A stretch of DNA of 60,243 nucleotides, counting the filler, from Jimgerdemannia flammicorona (taxonomy: Eukaryota), in assembly GCA_003990765.1 (NCBI GenBank). It is 2 parts of 2 records of this genome, joined end to end, with 100 filler letters (N's around TTAATTAATTAA, not from the genome) between each part and the next. Parts side by side here need not be neighbours in the genome. Positions count along the whole stretch, not along the records: positions 1 to 30,073 come from RBNJ01000456.1; 1 more part is not named here. The stretch is one strand, 5' to 3'. Position 1 is the stretch's first letter. Every line of letters starts with the position of its first letter. The position numbers and the translations under genes were made by a program. Below, in pieces: positions 1-13,327 of this stretch. The notes under the pieces were generated by a model that did no database searches, was not told where the DNA came from, and saw only the letters and a list, made by a program, of their open reading frames with translations.

Positions 1-3000
1 CCCCCCCTCCCCCCACCAGTTGCCAGTGGAGCTCCCCCCATCTCCCCCCTCCCTCTCCCTCCATGGCACTCAGCCCCACCCTGTCCATAATACATCTCCA
101 AAACTCCCCCAAAACCTTGCATTCACTAAGCCAATGTTTAGGCATTTGCACCACTCCTCCCTCCTGACCAACATTGAAACAATCCTCATACTTGAATACC
201 CCACCATCTACCAAATGTCCAGACTGATAGTTCAACATCACATTCCACTGTAGGACCTGCCACCACACCACTCAGAACTTGGGGGGGAGCCACTGCCATA
301 CCCGTTTGCTCTAAAGCCAGAGTCTATTCCAATCCCACTCCTCCCCAATTCCATCCCTCTGCCAGGCTTCTGGCCACAGGTCTCCACCTAGGCCTCGCAG
401 ATACTCTAGGCCCTTGCCAAGCTGAAAATCCTCCACCAGAACACCACCCAATAGAAGCCTGTCCCACTGCTACATCTGCAGTCCCCAATCCTCCTCAGCT
501 TCATCACCTCGCCACCAAAGTCCAATCTTCCTAGCACCATCCACCACTCTCCACCAAAAGCCGGTATACCACATCCTCCTGCTCCCTTCCATGGCCACCA
601 TCACAAGCAGGTCCCTGGAGCCACCACGTGGGGAGTACCAAACCTCCCACAATCTCTGCATGAGTGGCACCCATTCCTGCCCCCTGAGCTCACTCGCCCT
701 TCGCAGCCACCAGGCTCTCAGACATAGAAGCCACTTAGCAAAGTCCACTAGGCCCAGCCCACCTCTTTCCAAGGGCAGTGTGAGCACCTCCCAACCAACC
801 TGGCTTTGCTGCCCTCCCCAGATCCATGACCTTGCCATCTTCAGCAACTCCTTGACCACCCAGGCTGGGAAATCCAAATAATATCCAACATACCACAGCT
901 TCGACATCCAATACACATTTAACACTATCACCCTTCCAGCAAGGGACATATGCTGGCCTCTCCATCACAGTAGAACATTACCCCACTCCAGAAGTTTACA
1001 GTCCCACCATGCTCAGGGAAGAGGAGATCCGAACACTGAGAAGTAGATCCCCAAGTAGTACACTGGTTCACCTGCTGGCACCACCATCCCAATAACATCA
1101 CCGCCAACAATTCCAGCACCCAGCACCAGCATCTCACATTTGTGCCAGTTAAGTTTAGCACCAGAACCCTGCTCATACCATTCCACAGTCCTCTGTAACT
1201 CTCTCACATCTCCCAAGGAGCCCAGCCCGACCACCATATCATCAGCAAAGGCCCCCACCTTCCAGTTTACCTCTAAAATATCCAAACCCCCAATCTTCCA
1301 CCGAATCCTATCCAGTAGCGGCTCCAGAGAAAGAGCATACAATATGGGCGACAAGGGGTCCCCTTGTGGTACCCCACAGCCCAGGGGAAAGGTCACCCCC
1401 CTGTGGCCATTGATGACCAATGCTGCCTGACTGTTCTCCAAGAGACTGATTAATGATCTTTGGACCCCTGGGGGGATACCAATCTGCTTCAGCACTCCCT
1501 CCAGCCATATTCTCCACACTCTATCATAAGCCTTCTCTTGGTCCAGAAACACCAATCTACCATTCACCCCTGTTGCCTGGGCACCTTCAATCACTCCATG
1601 AACCCAGGCTGTCCCATCTTGAATCAACTGACCACCGACAAACCCACATTGCTCCACACTAAGTACCTGCTGAGCGATTCCTTGCAACCTCATCATCAAG
1701 ATTTTTGTCACCAATTTGTGGTCCATATCAAGAAGCATAATTGGCCACCAGTTCTTCTAGTCCTCTCACCTACCCTTGTCCTTAAAGAGCAAGGAGACTA
1801 GCCCTAAATGCTGTCCCCCAATCCAGGCACCAGACCAAAGAACTCCATCATACATAGCAGTTATTTCCTCTAGCACCTCACCCACCCCAGTCATCTTCTG
1901 CCAAAAATCCCAGGGAAGCCCATCCTCTCCCAGTGCTGTCCCCTTACTCATTGAGGCCACAACTCTGCAAATCTCCTCGCCACTCACCAGGTCCCCCAAT
2001 GCCCCAAGTCCCATCACAGGGTCCAGGTGCCAATCTCCCAGCTGTCATTCAATGTCCAGAGCATCCAATCCCCCATCCTCCTCACTCCAAAGATTCCCCC
2101 ACTGGGTTTGCAGTAGGCCCAGAATTGCTGGAGTCTCCACCACCAGCTCACCATTCTCATCCAAAACTCCCTTCCACTGCTGCCTCATTTGTCATACTTG
2201 TAACAACTGTGACAAGAACCTGGTAGGCCTCTCCCCCTCCTCAAGCCCCTACCACCACAGGCAGGCCACCATTTCCTGCAACTGCTCCTCCTCCTCCCTG
2301 CATAGCATCCCTTTGAGCTCCTCCACCTCCAGCCAGATCCTCACAATATGCCAATCAGCCATGGTCCCATCCTCCAGCACACCTGCCCATCTCTCCATGA
2401 GTGCTGCCAGATACTGTGAGGCCCACAGCACCCGCTGCCTTCACTGGGTACACTTTCCTTTCCCTGCTTCCCTCCAATACTCCTGAGTCTTTGCCTTCAG
2501 CCTTCTCCAGCAGTCCCCAATCTCCAGTCCTTGTTCCTGCCACCTGCCGATATTTCTAACCACCTCTGATTCCCATCCCTCCCACAACACCCTATCCTCC
2601 AACAAGGAAGAATTTAGTCACCAGTGTCCAGGCCCATCCACATTTCCCCCAAACCTCCCCCCTCCAAGCAGCTCCCAGTGATCAGACCATGGACACTATA
2701 TAACTTCCAGTGCTGACCAGATATCTGCTCCCCAATACTCTGCCATTAGAACCCAGTCAATCCTGGAGCCCAGTCCTGCTGTCCAGTGGGTGTACATCTG
2801 CCGCTCAGCCCAAAAATGTCTTCCTGAGTCCACTAGCGAACATGACCTCTCCATCTCCAACCAGTCACCCAACCCACCACTTTCACCCTGCACACCTCTC
2901 CCTCCATCAGTTCTGTCCAACTCCTTATCCCATACCATGTTAAAGTCACCCCCCATACAGTCTAATCCAACTTCTCCCAACACACCAGCCTCTTTTAATC

Positions 3001-3359
3001 TGTGGATCCATTCTACCCTCTCCCCTCTCTCAGCTGGGCAGTAACAGGACCCAACCATCAGCAAGCCCCATCCAGGCCTCTTCCACACTCCCCACACCAC
3101 CCAAGACCCCCAATGTCCAATGTTCCCAATGTCCCCCATCTCTTTCCGAATGAGAATACACACTTTCCCCCTCTAAACTGCTGCTGCCCCCCCATTCCTT
3201 AGTCTAATCCTGTAAGTCCACATCTGCCTCATAATGAACATCCTGCAGTAAGAAGGGGTCCACATCCAGACCCTTAAGCCAACCAAATAAATACTTCCTC
3301 CTAGCTGACCCCCATAGCCCATTAACGTTCAATGAAAAAATCCTAGTTATACTGTTCAT
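1..3359 (-). pseudogene. LINE A ORF2 (APE endonuclease + reverse transcriptase), disrupted
   Basis: Motifs MNSITRIFSLNVNGL, GGDFN, SRIDWVL, DQEKAYDRV, GVPQGDPLSP, AFADD, SGAKLNWHK, SLAGRVIVLN. Many stops and frameshifts. Confidence 0.92.
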
Positions 3360-3390
3360 ATTGAAGAAATGTTGTAATAGAGACCCTAAC

Positions 3391-5286
3391 CTATAATTCC
3401 ATACTTATCTCATCTCCCACCAAATCCAAGCACTGCTCAGCTTCTAAGTCACCCTCTGCATTATCCTGAGCATCCAGAGCCCCCAAGATTTCCTGACATT
3501 CCACCCTGTCCACTTCCTCCATATCCACCTGGTAGTCCAAGCAGACAGTACACCACTTCTCTAGTCCCTTCCTCGAATTCCACAAGAAAATTGCTCTGTC
3601 ACTCACAATCCTCCTAAGTTCCTCCTCCTGCTGATCATCAACTTGATATTCAACTGACTCCAGGAGGACCACCAGGATCTCATTCCTCATCTTCCTTGGC
3701 ACCTCCTCCCCCTGTAGGATCTCCTCCCAATGCTTCTCCTCCAATACCCTGAAGTCCTCACCCCCCAGCTCTTCAGCTGCTACCCCTTCCAAGGTCTTCC
3801 ACATCCACTTCTCCTCATCCACCACCTCCGCTGCCCTCTGAGTGATTTGTCCTTCATCCACCTCGGGGTCCACCAGCATGCTCCTTCTCACCAACTCATC
3901 CCACTCCTCATCCGGCACATCCATCAGCTCCTCCTCCCCCTCTGCCCCATCTGGAACACTATACTGAGGGTGCACACCCTCACCCATTTCGGCATCTGCC
4001 TCTAAATTGCCCTCCCTTCTCTCCTCAACTCCAATCTGAGCCCTACCCTGGACCATCTCTCCCCCCTCAGCCCAGGTGCTCTCCCATGACCCTGCAACTC
4101 TCTCCCCTGAGCTTCCACCTGCCCTATCTCCACCCAACTTCACCAACAGCTCCTTCTGGATTCTCCTCTCCTGCATCTTCTCCCAGGCCCCCTTCTCCAT
4201 TCGGACCTTCTTCCCATCCACCTCCCCCACCACCATCCTGGCCTCAAACTCCTTCCAGGCCAATTGCCTCCTCGCCACTGCCCCTTCCAGGTCCTCCTCC
4301 TCCTCCTGAGTCCCCTTCACCCTGGTGACCTTATACTCCACTGGTCTCCACTGCAGTGCTGCTGGCCAGTCCCTCGACTTCCCTGTATTCTCCTTCCCAG
4401 CCAACCTCACCCTGACATCGACATTGCCAGTTCTAAGCTCCATGCCCTCCCAGACCTTGAATCCAACATCCACAATCTCGCCATACTCCTTGACCACCTC
4501 CACCACTAACTCCCTGGTTCTTTTCTTTGACACAGTCGGGAGGTCCAACACCATCAACTGCACCACTCGGAGATCCCAGCACATGCACCATGCCATAGGG
4601 ACCACAACTCCGCCAACAATCACCCCCTTCTCCATGGCCACCAACAAGGTGTCTTCCTCCTCAAACCCCACCTCGACCCCTTCCTTTCCCCTCAAGAACT
4701 TCACCAATACTGCTCCCTTAGCCTCCTGCACCACAAGCCCCAAAATCATTCTCGCCATCACTGCCAAGCCCCGGAAGCACATCATGACCGCGAATTCTGA
4801 CCTTGACTTCTTGAGTAATGGGGCCGACACCATACCTATTACCCCATCAGCCAGGTCCCTGGGCCTCATGCCCACTCCCAGTCCTGAATTGCCAGCTGCC
4901 ATCACATCTGGATTTTTTGCCAGATCCCCAGTCACAGCTCCATCAATAGTCATATCTCCAGCCCCTACTCCCACTCCTCCCCTGCCACCTGAGACTCCCC
5001 TGGGTACACCTCCCTGTCCCCCAGCAGCCACTGTCGATGCCGTCCCCAGGCCCAGCCAACCATCAAGGCCTGCAGCCATCTTCCCCATCCTGACCTTGTC
5101 AGCAAAGGTCAATCTCTTCCCTTCTCTCTGCCTTAGCCCGCCCCTCCCTCTACCCCCAGAGCCTCAGCTAGCCATCGAGGCCCCCGGCATTCCCAAACCA
5201 TCTCTCCTCCTCCCCATCTGCTGCCAGCCAAAGGCACCATCACCCCCCTGGCTAGTACACTCACCAGTTCGATTATTGCCATCCAT
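3391..5286 (-). pseudogene. LINE A ORF1 (Gly-rich N-terminus, RRM-like middle, Glu-rich C-terminus)
   Basis: 573-aa open frame 3391-5112, in frame with an ATG at 5286 across a premature stop. Homologous to ORF1 of copies B and C. Confidence 0.8.
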
Positions 5287-5368
5287 GTTGATAGTTGCTA
5301 GGCACCAAAAACATAGTAAAAAGTATTGTCTGAGTCTTGTATCACCCGAATGTTACTGGTAAAAGGGC

Positions 5369-6734
5369 CATCCCATCCACATCTACCTCTTGGATACCTA
5401 GAAATCATGAATCCACTCAGCTGAGCACTTTTAAGAAACTCACTGAAGGAGAAAGGAATGAACTTCAAAGAAGTAGAGCATACTTCTATTGCTGACAGAC
5501 AGGACATACATATGTATGGCCAGTGCCTACCCTAACTGAAAACCCAAATAGCAATATGAGCAACTGTTACTACTCTGCACCACCTCAATAATCTGACCAC
5601 CAGAATGCTGAACTTTGTCAAATTAAGGCAAACTGCCAAGGTCCCAACCAAAGAAAGTCAAAAAGCAGCTGGATATGATCTGTATGCAGCTGAAGAAGCC
5701 ACAGTTTCCAACTGAGAAGTTAAGTAAGTCTATATAGGAATCAGTATCCAAATCTCTGAAGGACATGTTGGAAGAATATACTGTCACAGTAGCCTAGCAT
5801 TGAAAGAACTCTCAGTAGAAGGAAGAGTCATTGACAAAGATTATGTATACAGGTGAAATTATTGCCCTCATCCAAAACCATAGTTGGACACCCTTCAAGA
5901 TTCCTATTGGTTTCTGTATTATACAGATCCTATTCAAAAAAATTGAATTAACCCTGACAGTCAAGGAAGTCTCTGAACTACTATCCACTATCTGAGGATC
6001 CAAAGGATTTGGCTTATCAAATAAAGCCCCAGCCCAAACTACTGTGAATAAAGAAGAGCAATTCTACAAGAAAATCAAAGACAGATATGTACCTAGTGGC
6101 TAATGCCCCCATAATATTGAGATGTACTCTTCTCAAATGATTGATGATTGCTTCTCTTATATCAATGAACTGGCTCAAAGAAGAACTAACAGAAGGAAAG
6201 CTTCTATAACCAAAATCACTACTATTGGATTAGACAAACTACTTACACTTCAAGCTTTTATCAACTGAGCACCTATCAAGATTATGATAGACAGTAGTGC
6301 CTTAGGCAACTTCATCAATAAAGAAATAGCCAACAGACTCAAGGTCTTCACCTCTCTGGTACAACAAACTCAAGCTGTTGCCACAGCTGATGGAATCTCC
6401 TATATCATTAGTAAGGAAGTCTGCAATCTACCCTTCCAAATTGGTGACTATCGAGTACATATTATTCTCCAGATTGTATCACTTCCTGACAATGAAATCA
6501 TCCTTAGAACCCCATGGTTGAAATAAGAGAACCCTATAATTGATTGGGTAAACTATTCTCTAACCATCAAGAAAGGATACCATAACTTCAAACTGCAAGG
6601 CAAAAGAGACCCACTCAGCTCTAGTGACTCTGGACCAAAGATTACTCATATCAACAAGCTACAGCTCAAGAAATTGGCCAAGAAATGCCCTCTCTTCACC
6701 ATCTCCATCTGCCCATCCAAAGGAGAACCTGAGA
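5369..6734 (+). mobile_element. Ty3/Gypsy fragment: end of gag (zinc-knuckle remnant), dUTPase, aspartic protease
   Basis: FYC*QTGH near 5485, dUTPase motifs at 5600-6025, protease IDSSALGNFI and ILRTPWLK at 6284-6526. Confidence 0.8.
5600..6025 (+). pseudogene. Retrotransposon-borne dUTPase, decayed
   Basis: FVKLRQTAKVPTKESQKAAGYDLY, SSLA, VIDKD..YTGEI, GSKGFG (motifs I, II, III and V of the trimeric dUTPase family). Confidence 0.85.
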
Positions 6735-6855
6735 TGAAGAGGAGGAAAAAGGTCCAGCAGGAGCCAAGGGAGCGAACCCAGAGCCAGTGTCAAAATGAAT
6801 GAAAGACATGTGGAAAGGTGTATATAAGGGGGACGAACAAAGAACGTAACCAACA
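6735..6855 (-). repeat. Outer part of the PLE 3' pLTR (left TIR), separated from 18624-19018 by LINE B
   Basis: Matches 22174-22290 directly and ~22880-22998 in inverted orientation. Confidence 0.9.
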
Positions 6856-9800
6856 CATCTTTCTCCGGTACCATTTGGGTTATACAACCTTTGGAAGGTA
6901 CTCACAACATCATTTTTGGAGCAAAGAGACTAACAACATAGCAACTGATAGGTGAGCTGAGGTGTATACTGGGCAGGGTGGCCCAAGCACTTTTGAATGG
7001 CAGTAAGTTGGGAGGGGCCCAGGCCTGGGGAGGAGCATGAGGGGGCTGCTGGCAGGTGGACAAGGAAGGGGTGGAGGTACTGGTGGAGGTCAGGGGTCTG
7101 GGAGGGCGAGCTTTGCAGAGACAGTGAAGGGGAGGCAGCAGGTATCAGGGCTGGAGGGCTGGCTGAGGAGGGGCAAGGAGAACGAGAAGACAGCAGTGTA
7201 GGGGGGAGTGGCCCTTAGAAGGGGGGATAGTGAAGCTGAGGGAGTAGCAGCTAGGGGGAGTGTGACTACTGATGGCAAAGGGACTGCTAATCTGGAAAAA
7301 AATCCAGATGTAATGACTGTTGGTGAGGCTGAGCGGTTGGGGCTTGGAAGACAAGGAGATTTGGCAGATGGTGTGACAGGCCTGGCAGTGGCCCCATTAC
7401 TCAAGAAATCGATCTCAGCATTTACGGTTACACTGTGCTTCTGGGGCTTAGCGGTGACAGCGAAAATGGTACTGGGACTTATTGCTAAGCAGATGGCAGG
7501 AGCTGCTTTGGTGAAGTTTCTGAAGGGACTGGAGGGTGTGGAGGTGGGTTTTGAGGAGGCTGAACCACTGGAGGAGGCACTGAAGGTTGGGTTGGTGGTT
7601 GGAGAGATGTGTGTTCCAATGGCGAGGTGTTTGAAATGGGATCTGAGAGTGATATAACTTCTGGTGAAAGGAGTACCCATGGTGACAGCAATGAAGATGA
7701 GAAAGAGAGTAGAGGATGTCATGGCAGAGTATGGAGAGGTGGTGGATATTGGATTCAGGGTCTGGGAAGGGACCATGCTCAGGACTGGAGACATGGATAT
7801 GAGGATTTGACTGGCTGGGAAAGAGGCTACTGGGAAGGCAAGGGACTGGCCTTCGGTGATGGTTTGGGGAGCAATCTTGTGTAAGGTGACAAGGGTGAAA
7901 GGAAGTGAAGAAGAGGAAGAAGATTTATTGGAAGCACTAGAAGAACTGGATGGGGCTGTGGAGTGGTGAGCAAAGGCCTAGAAGACTTTCGAGAAGGTGA
8001 TGCACCTGGAGGTGGTGAATGGAAAGAGGGTTCGAGTAGACAAGGTGCAGTGGAAAAGGGCTCAGGGTTGGAAGAGACAGAAGGAGTTGCTGGCTAAACT
8101 GGGGGGTGGACCACAGAAGAATGCAAGCAAGATGACGAGTATGGAAGGGGCCAAAGCGAGCATCTGAGCTGGTGAGAGGAGTGGGAATGATGGGGTGGAG
8201 ACAGGGAAGACAAAAGAGGTGAAGACTAGCAACCCATATACTGATGGCACCTTGGAGGTTTGGGATGAGGTCTAGGAGAACTCCCCCACTCCTTCCCCTC
8301 TTATCAGACATGGCCCGGCTACCAGAAATAAGACTGGGGAGGATGTGATGATGCTGGGACCCAGCAGGTGAAATTTAGCATTCTGGAGGTAATGGATGGG
8401 GATCAAGTAGTGGTGGCTGGGGAGGAGGAACTGGTGGATGTCCCAGAGGTGTGGGATGAGGATGCGAGTGCCAGAGCTGACACCATGATGCTGGATAGAG
8501 GGAGACCAGTGACCCCTGGTGGAAAGGAGGTGGGGAACCTACTTTGGATGTGCAGGATGATGAATAACCTGGCAGTGGAAGAGTTGGGGGAGGTGGACCT
8601 GCATGTGATGGGTGACAAACACTGGATGAGAATTTTGCAGGAGGAAGGAGTGATGATGGCAATGAAGGCAGAAATTCTCACAGTGTATCTGGAGGAGGAA
8701 GGGTATGAGGTGGACAAGAAGCAGGAGGCAGAGATGGCAGTTATCGCTAGAGAGAGGGCTGAGTACTGCTGGAACAAGCATCATAGGCTGCAGCTTTGGC
8801 AGGAGGCATGCATCAAGTACAGAGAGGAGTTTGAGGAGAAGGCTGATGAGGAGATGAATGAGCTGTTGGCTGGATTGGAGGCTCAGAGGGCTGAAGAGAA
8901 GGAGGTGATGGCAGAACATAATCTGGACACAGCACAGGAGGAGATGAGCATAGAGCAGTAGAGATCAACTGAGAACAAATAGTATTTCATTATGAACAGT
9001 ACAACCAACATTTTTTCTTTGAACGTGAATAGGCTAAGGGATACAGTTAGACATCAGAACATTTTCATTTGGCTGAAGGGATTGGAGGCCGATCTCTTCC
9101 TCTTGTAGGACATCAGGTGTGAGGATGATTCTGATAGGATGGAATGGACAAAGGAATGGGGTGGTATGGTGATTTGGAACAGCAAGGTTGGGATTCTGGT
9201 TCAGAAAGGCAGAGGGGAAATAAGGGATGTGAGGAGCTGGGGGGAGAGACTGGTCTGGGGTGAGTGGATTCATGTGGGTTGGGAGCCAGTCATAGTTGGC
9301 TCCTGTTACTGCCCTGCTGTGTGGGGGGAGCATGTGGATTGGGTGAAGAGGCTCCAGGAGAGTGAGATCCTTGCTGAGGCTGGGGTGGATATGCTTGGAG
9401 GAGATTTCAATATGGTTCGAGATATACAGTTGGATAGAACTGATAGAGGATGGAGTGCTGAGAGTAGAAGTGGGGGGCTGGCGATGTGAGAGGAAGTCAA
9501 AAGGCTAGGAGTGCTGGTTGATGCTAGTAGGGAGTTCTGGGGGGACAGGAGGGTATATACGCATTGGGCTAGAGGCCTGGAGACAAGGATTGATTGGATT
9601 CTGATGGCCAACTGTTAGGGCCACAATGTTTGGAAGGTACTAGAGGTGGAATGGTGTCCATGATCAGATCACTGGGGCCTTTTGGGACAGGGATATTTTG
9701 GGGGAAGTGGTGATAGGCCTGGACATTGGTGCCTAAATTCCTCCTTGTTGGATGATGAGTCTCGGTGAGAGGAGTGGGTGAAAGACATTCAGCTGAAGGT

Positions 9801-11267
9801 GGAGAACTAGAGACAAGAAGGGGTCTCAATTGAGGTGTAATGGGTGAGGATGAAAGAGATGGCCAGGATGTACTAGAGTGAGGCTGGCAGAGAGGCAGGG
9901 AAGTAGCATAGGCAGAGAGTACATTGGGCTTCTACTAGATTGGCTAGGCTCCTGAAGGAGTGGGTGAGACTAGCAATAGTGGAGGGAGAAGAGGAGTGGA
10001 GAACAATGAGGGTGAAGATAGAGGTTGGGGAACTACAACAGATGCTGCAGGAAGAGGAAGAGTCAAGGATGCAAGGCCTGATGGCTCGGCTTCATTGGCA
10101 GGGGCTGGAGGAAGGGGAGAGGCCTTCCAAGTTTCTCATGAGGACACTTTGAGTGAGAAGGGTATAACAGCAGTGGGAAGGGGTACTTGATTCAGGTGGT
10201 ATACTAGTGTATGGTGTATAGGAGATCCTTGGAACACTGAAGGAGTGATGGAGTGGACTGTAGAGTGAGGAGGAGGGTGGGGCAGATGCTACAGCCATTG
10301 ACTGAACATTAGAGAATTGGCACCCACTACAAGCTAAGGGACTAGGAGACCTGGTGATGCCTGTAAGGGAGGATGAGATCTACCAGGTTCTTGCTACAAC
10401 AGCCTTGGGTATGGCACCTGGAGAGGATGGCTACCCTGGGACTTCTGGAAGCAAATGGTTGGAGTCCTGGGCATGTTGGGGGAGCTGATGGCACTGTGTG
10501 ACTTTATATTACAGTCGGGGAGATGGGTGGGGGAGCAGGATCTTGGGCTGGTGATGCTGCTTTATAAGAACAAAGGAAGGCAAGAGGATTGGAAGAACTG
10601 GCAGCTGATAATGTTGCTAGATATGGACAGAAAGTTGGTGACTAAGGTGGTGATCACAAGACTACAGAAGGTGGCCCAGCAAATTGTGGGTGTTGAGCAG
10701 AGGGGCTTTATAGGGGGTCGGCTTATTAGAGATGGCACAGCCTGGGTACATGGAGTTATTGAAGGTACTAGAGCCTGTGGACTAGATGGGCATCTTGTCT
10801 TCTTGGACCAGGAGAAGGCTTATGACCGGGTGCAGTAAGTCTGGCTGGTGAAAGTATTAGATAGAATTGGAGTTTCAGTCCCATTTCGGTCAGTGATGGT
10901 CAGCCTACTGGAAGGGAGTAGGGCTGTACTCACATGTAATGGGCATAGAGGGGTAGTATTCCCTCTGGGTAGGGGGGTGCCCCAGGGGGACCCGCTGTCC
11001 CCCATTTTGTATGCTCTTTCCTTAGAACTCCTAATGGACCGAATTTGGCAGAGGATAGTGGGGCTCTCTATCTATAGAGTCGGCTGGAAAGTTGGAGCCT
11101 TTGCAGATGACATAGTGGTTGGTTTGGGAGAGATTGCTGATGTCGAGGAGCTCAAGAAGGCAGTGGAGTAGTATGAGAAGAACTCCATCTTTCTCTGATA
11201 ACATTCAGGTTACACAATCTTTTGGCAATACTTTCGACATAGTTTCTGGAGAAAAGCTACTAGTATC

Positions 11268-13298
11268 ATGGCGATCAACAAGCATCCAGAGGTGCATACT
11301 GGGCAGAGTGGCCCTGGAGCATTTGAATGGCAACAAGTGGGGAGAGGCCCCGGCTTGGGGGGGAGTATGAGGGGCCTGCTGGTGGGAGGCCGCAGTGGTG
11401 GAGGGGGCAGAGCTGAAGGCCAAGGGTCTGGCAGGGTGAGCTTTGCAGAGAAGGTGAAGGGGGGTCAGCAGGGAGCTAGACTGGAGAGCTGGCTGAGAGG
11501 GGGGAAGGTACCGGCAAAGGCTACCAGGCAGCAACCTCTTAGGGGTATCTCTCTGGAGGGCCATAGGGGTGGAGCTGGGGGAGTAGTGGCTGGGGTAGGG
11601 ACTGCTGATGGGGGTGTGATGGGTGATCTGGAAAAAAATCTAGATGGGACTGCTGATGGTGAGCCAAGTGGTAGAAAGGGCACGAGGCCCAGGGACCTGG
11701 CAGATGGTATAATGGGACTGGTGATGGCTCCATTACTCAAGAAGTTGATCTTGGCATTCGCAGTCACACTGTGCTTCCAGGGCTTAGTGGTGATGGCGAA
11801 AATGGTGTTGGGGCTTATTACTAAGCAGGTGGCAGGAGCAGCTTCAGTGAAGTTTCTGAAGAGACTGGAGGAGGTGGAGGTGGGTTTTGAGGAGGTTGAA
11901 CTGCTGGAAGAGGCACTGAAGGTTGGGTTGGTAGTTGGGGAGGTGTGTGTTCTGATGGCGAGGTGTTTGAAATGGGATCTGAGGGTGGTCCAACTGCTGG
12001 TGAAAGGAGTACCCACGGTGATAGTGATGGAGATGAGGAAGAGAGTGGAGGATGTCATGGCGGAGTATGGAGAGGTGGTGGATATCGGATTCAGGGTCTG
12101 GGAAGGGACTACACTCAGGACTGGGGACATGGATGTGAGGATTTGGCTGGCTGGAAAAGAGGCTACTGGAAAGATGAGGGACTGGCCTTCGGTAATGGTT
12201 TGGGGAGTGTTTCTGTGCAAGGTGACGCAGGTGAAAGGAAGCGAAGAAGAGGAGAAAGATTTATTAGAAGTGCTGGAGGAGCTGGATGGAGCTGTAGAAT
12301 GGTGAGCTAAGGCCTGGAAGACTTTCAAGGAGTTGATGCACTTGGAGGTGGTGGATGGAAAGAAGATTTGAGTGGACAAGATGCAGTGAGAAAGGGCTCA
12401 GGGGCGAAAGAGGCAGAAGGACCTGCTGGCTAAACTGGGGGGTGGACCACAGAAGGATGAAAGCATGAAGATGGGTGCAGAAGGGGCCAGAGCGAGTGTC
12501 GGGGCTAGTGTGAGGAGTGGGAACAATGGGGCAAAGACAGGGAAGGCAAAAGAGGTGAAGATTTGCAACCCATATGCTGATGGCACCTTGGAGGTGTGGG
12601 ATGAAGTCTGGGAGAACTCCCCCACTCCCTCCCCTCTTATCAGGCATGGCCTGGCTTCCAGGAATAAGTCTGGGGAGGACATGATGATGCTGGGGACCCA
12701 GCAGGTGAAATTTAGCATTCTGGAGGTGATGAATGGAGACCAAGTAGTGGCGGCTGGAGAGGAGGAACTGGTGGATGTCCTGGAGGTATGGGATGAGGAC
12801 ATGAGTGCTGGAGCTGACACTATGATGCTGGACAGAGAGAGGCTGGTGACCCCTGGCGGGAAGGAGGTGGGAAACCTACTTTGGGTGTGCCAGATGATGA
12901 ATAACCTGGTGGCAGAAGAGCTGGGGGAGGTGGACTTGCATGGGATGGGTGATGAGCACTGGATGAGAATTTTGCAGGAGGAAGGAGTGGTGATGGCGCT
13001 GAAGGTGGAAATTCTTATAGTGTATCTAGAGGAGGAAGGGTATGAGGTGGACAAGGAGAGGGAGGCAGAGTTGGTGGTTATCACTGGGGAGAAGGCTGAG
13101 TACTGTTGGAACAGGTATCATGGGTTGCAGCTTTGGCAAGAGGCTTACATTGAGTACAGAGAGGAGTTTGAGGAGAAGGCTGATGAGGAGATGAATGAGC
13201 TGTTGGCTGGACTGGAGGCTCAGAGGGCTGAAGAGGAGGAGGTGATGGCTGAACATAATCTGGACATGGCACAGGAGGAGAGGGGCATGGAGCAGTAG
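11268..13298 (+). pseudogene. LINE C ORF1
   Basis: ORFs 11268-12305 and 12465-13298 are in the same frame, separated by TGA stops. Homologous to LINE A ORF1. Confidence 0.85.
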
Positions 13299-13327
13299 GA
13301 ATTAATTGAGAACAAACCATATTCATT

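Larger units (their letters stand above)
1..5368 (-). mobile_element. L1/Tx1-like non-LTR retrotransposon copy A (3' end outside window)
   Basis: ORF1 plus APE-RT ORF2 on the minus strand. The 5' leader (rc CCCTTTTACCAGTAACATTCGGGT) resembles the 5' ends of copies B and C. Confidence 0.9.

Noticed and set aside
4325..5362. Long Pro/Ser/Thr-rich ORFs antisense to LINE ORF1 (also 7090-7794 and 11465-12379)
   Set aside because: Shadow frames caused by the G-rich codon bias of the LINE, with no independent motifs.
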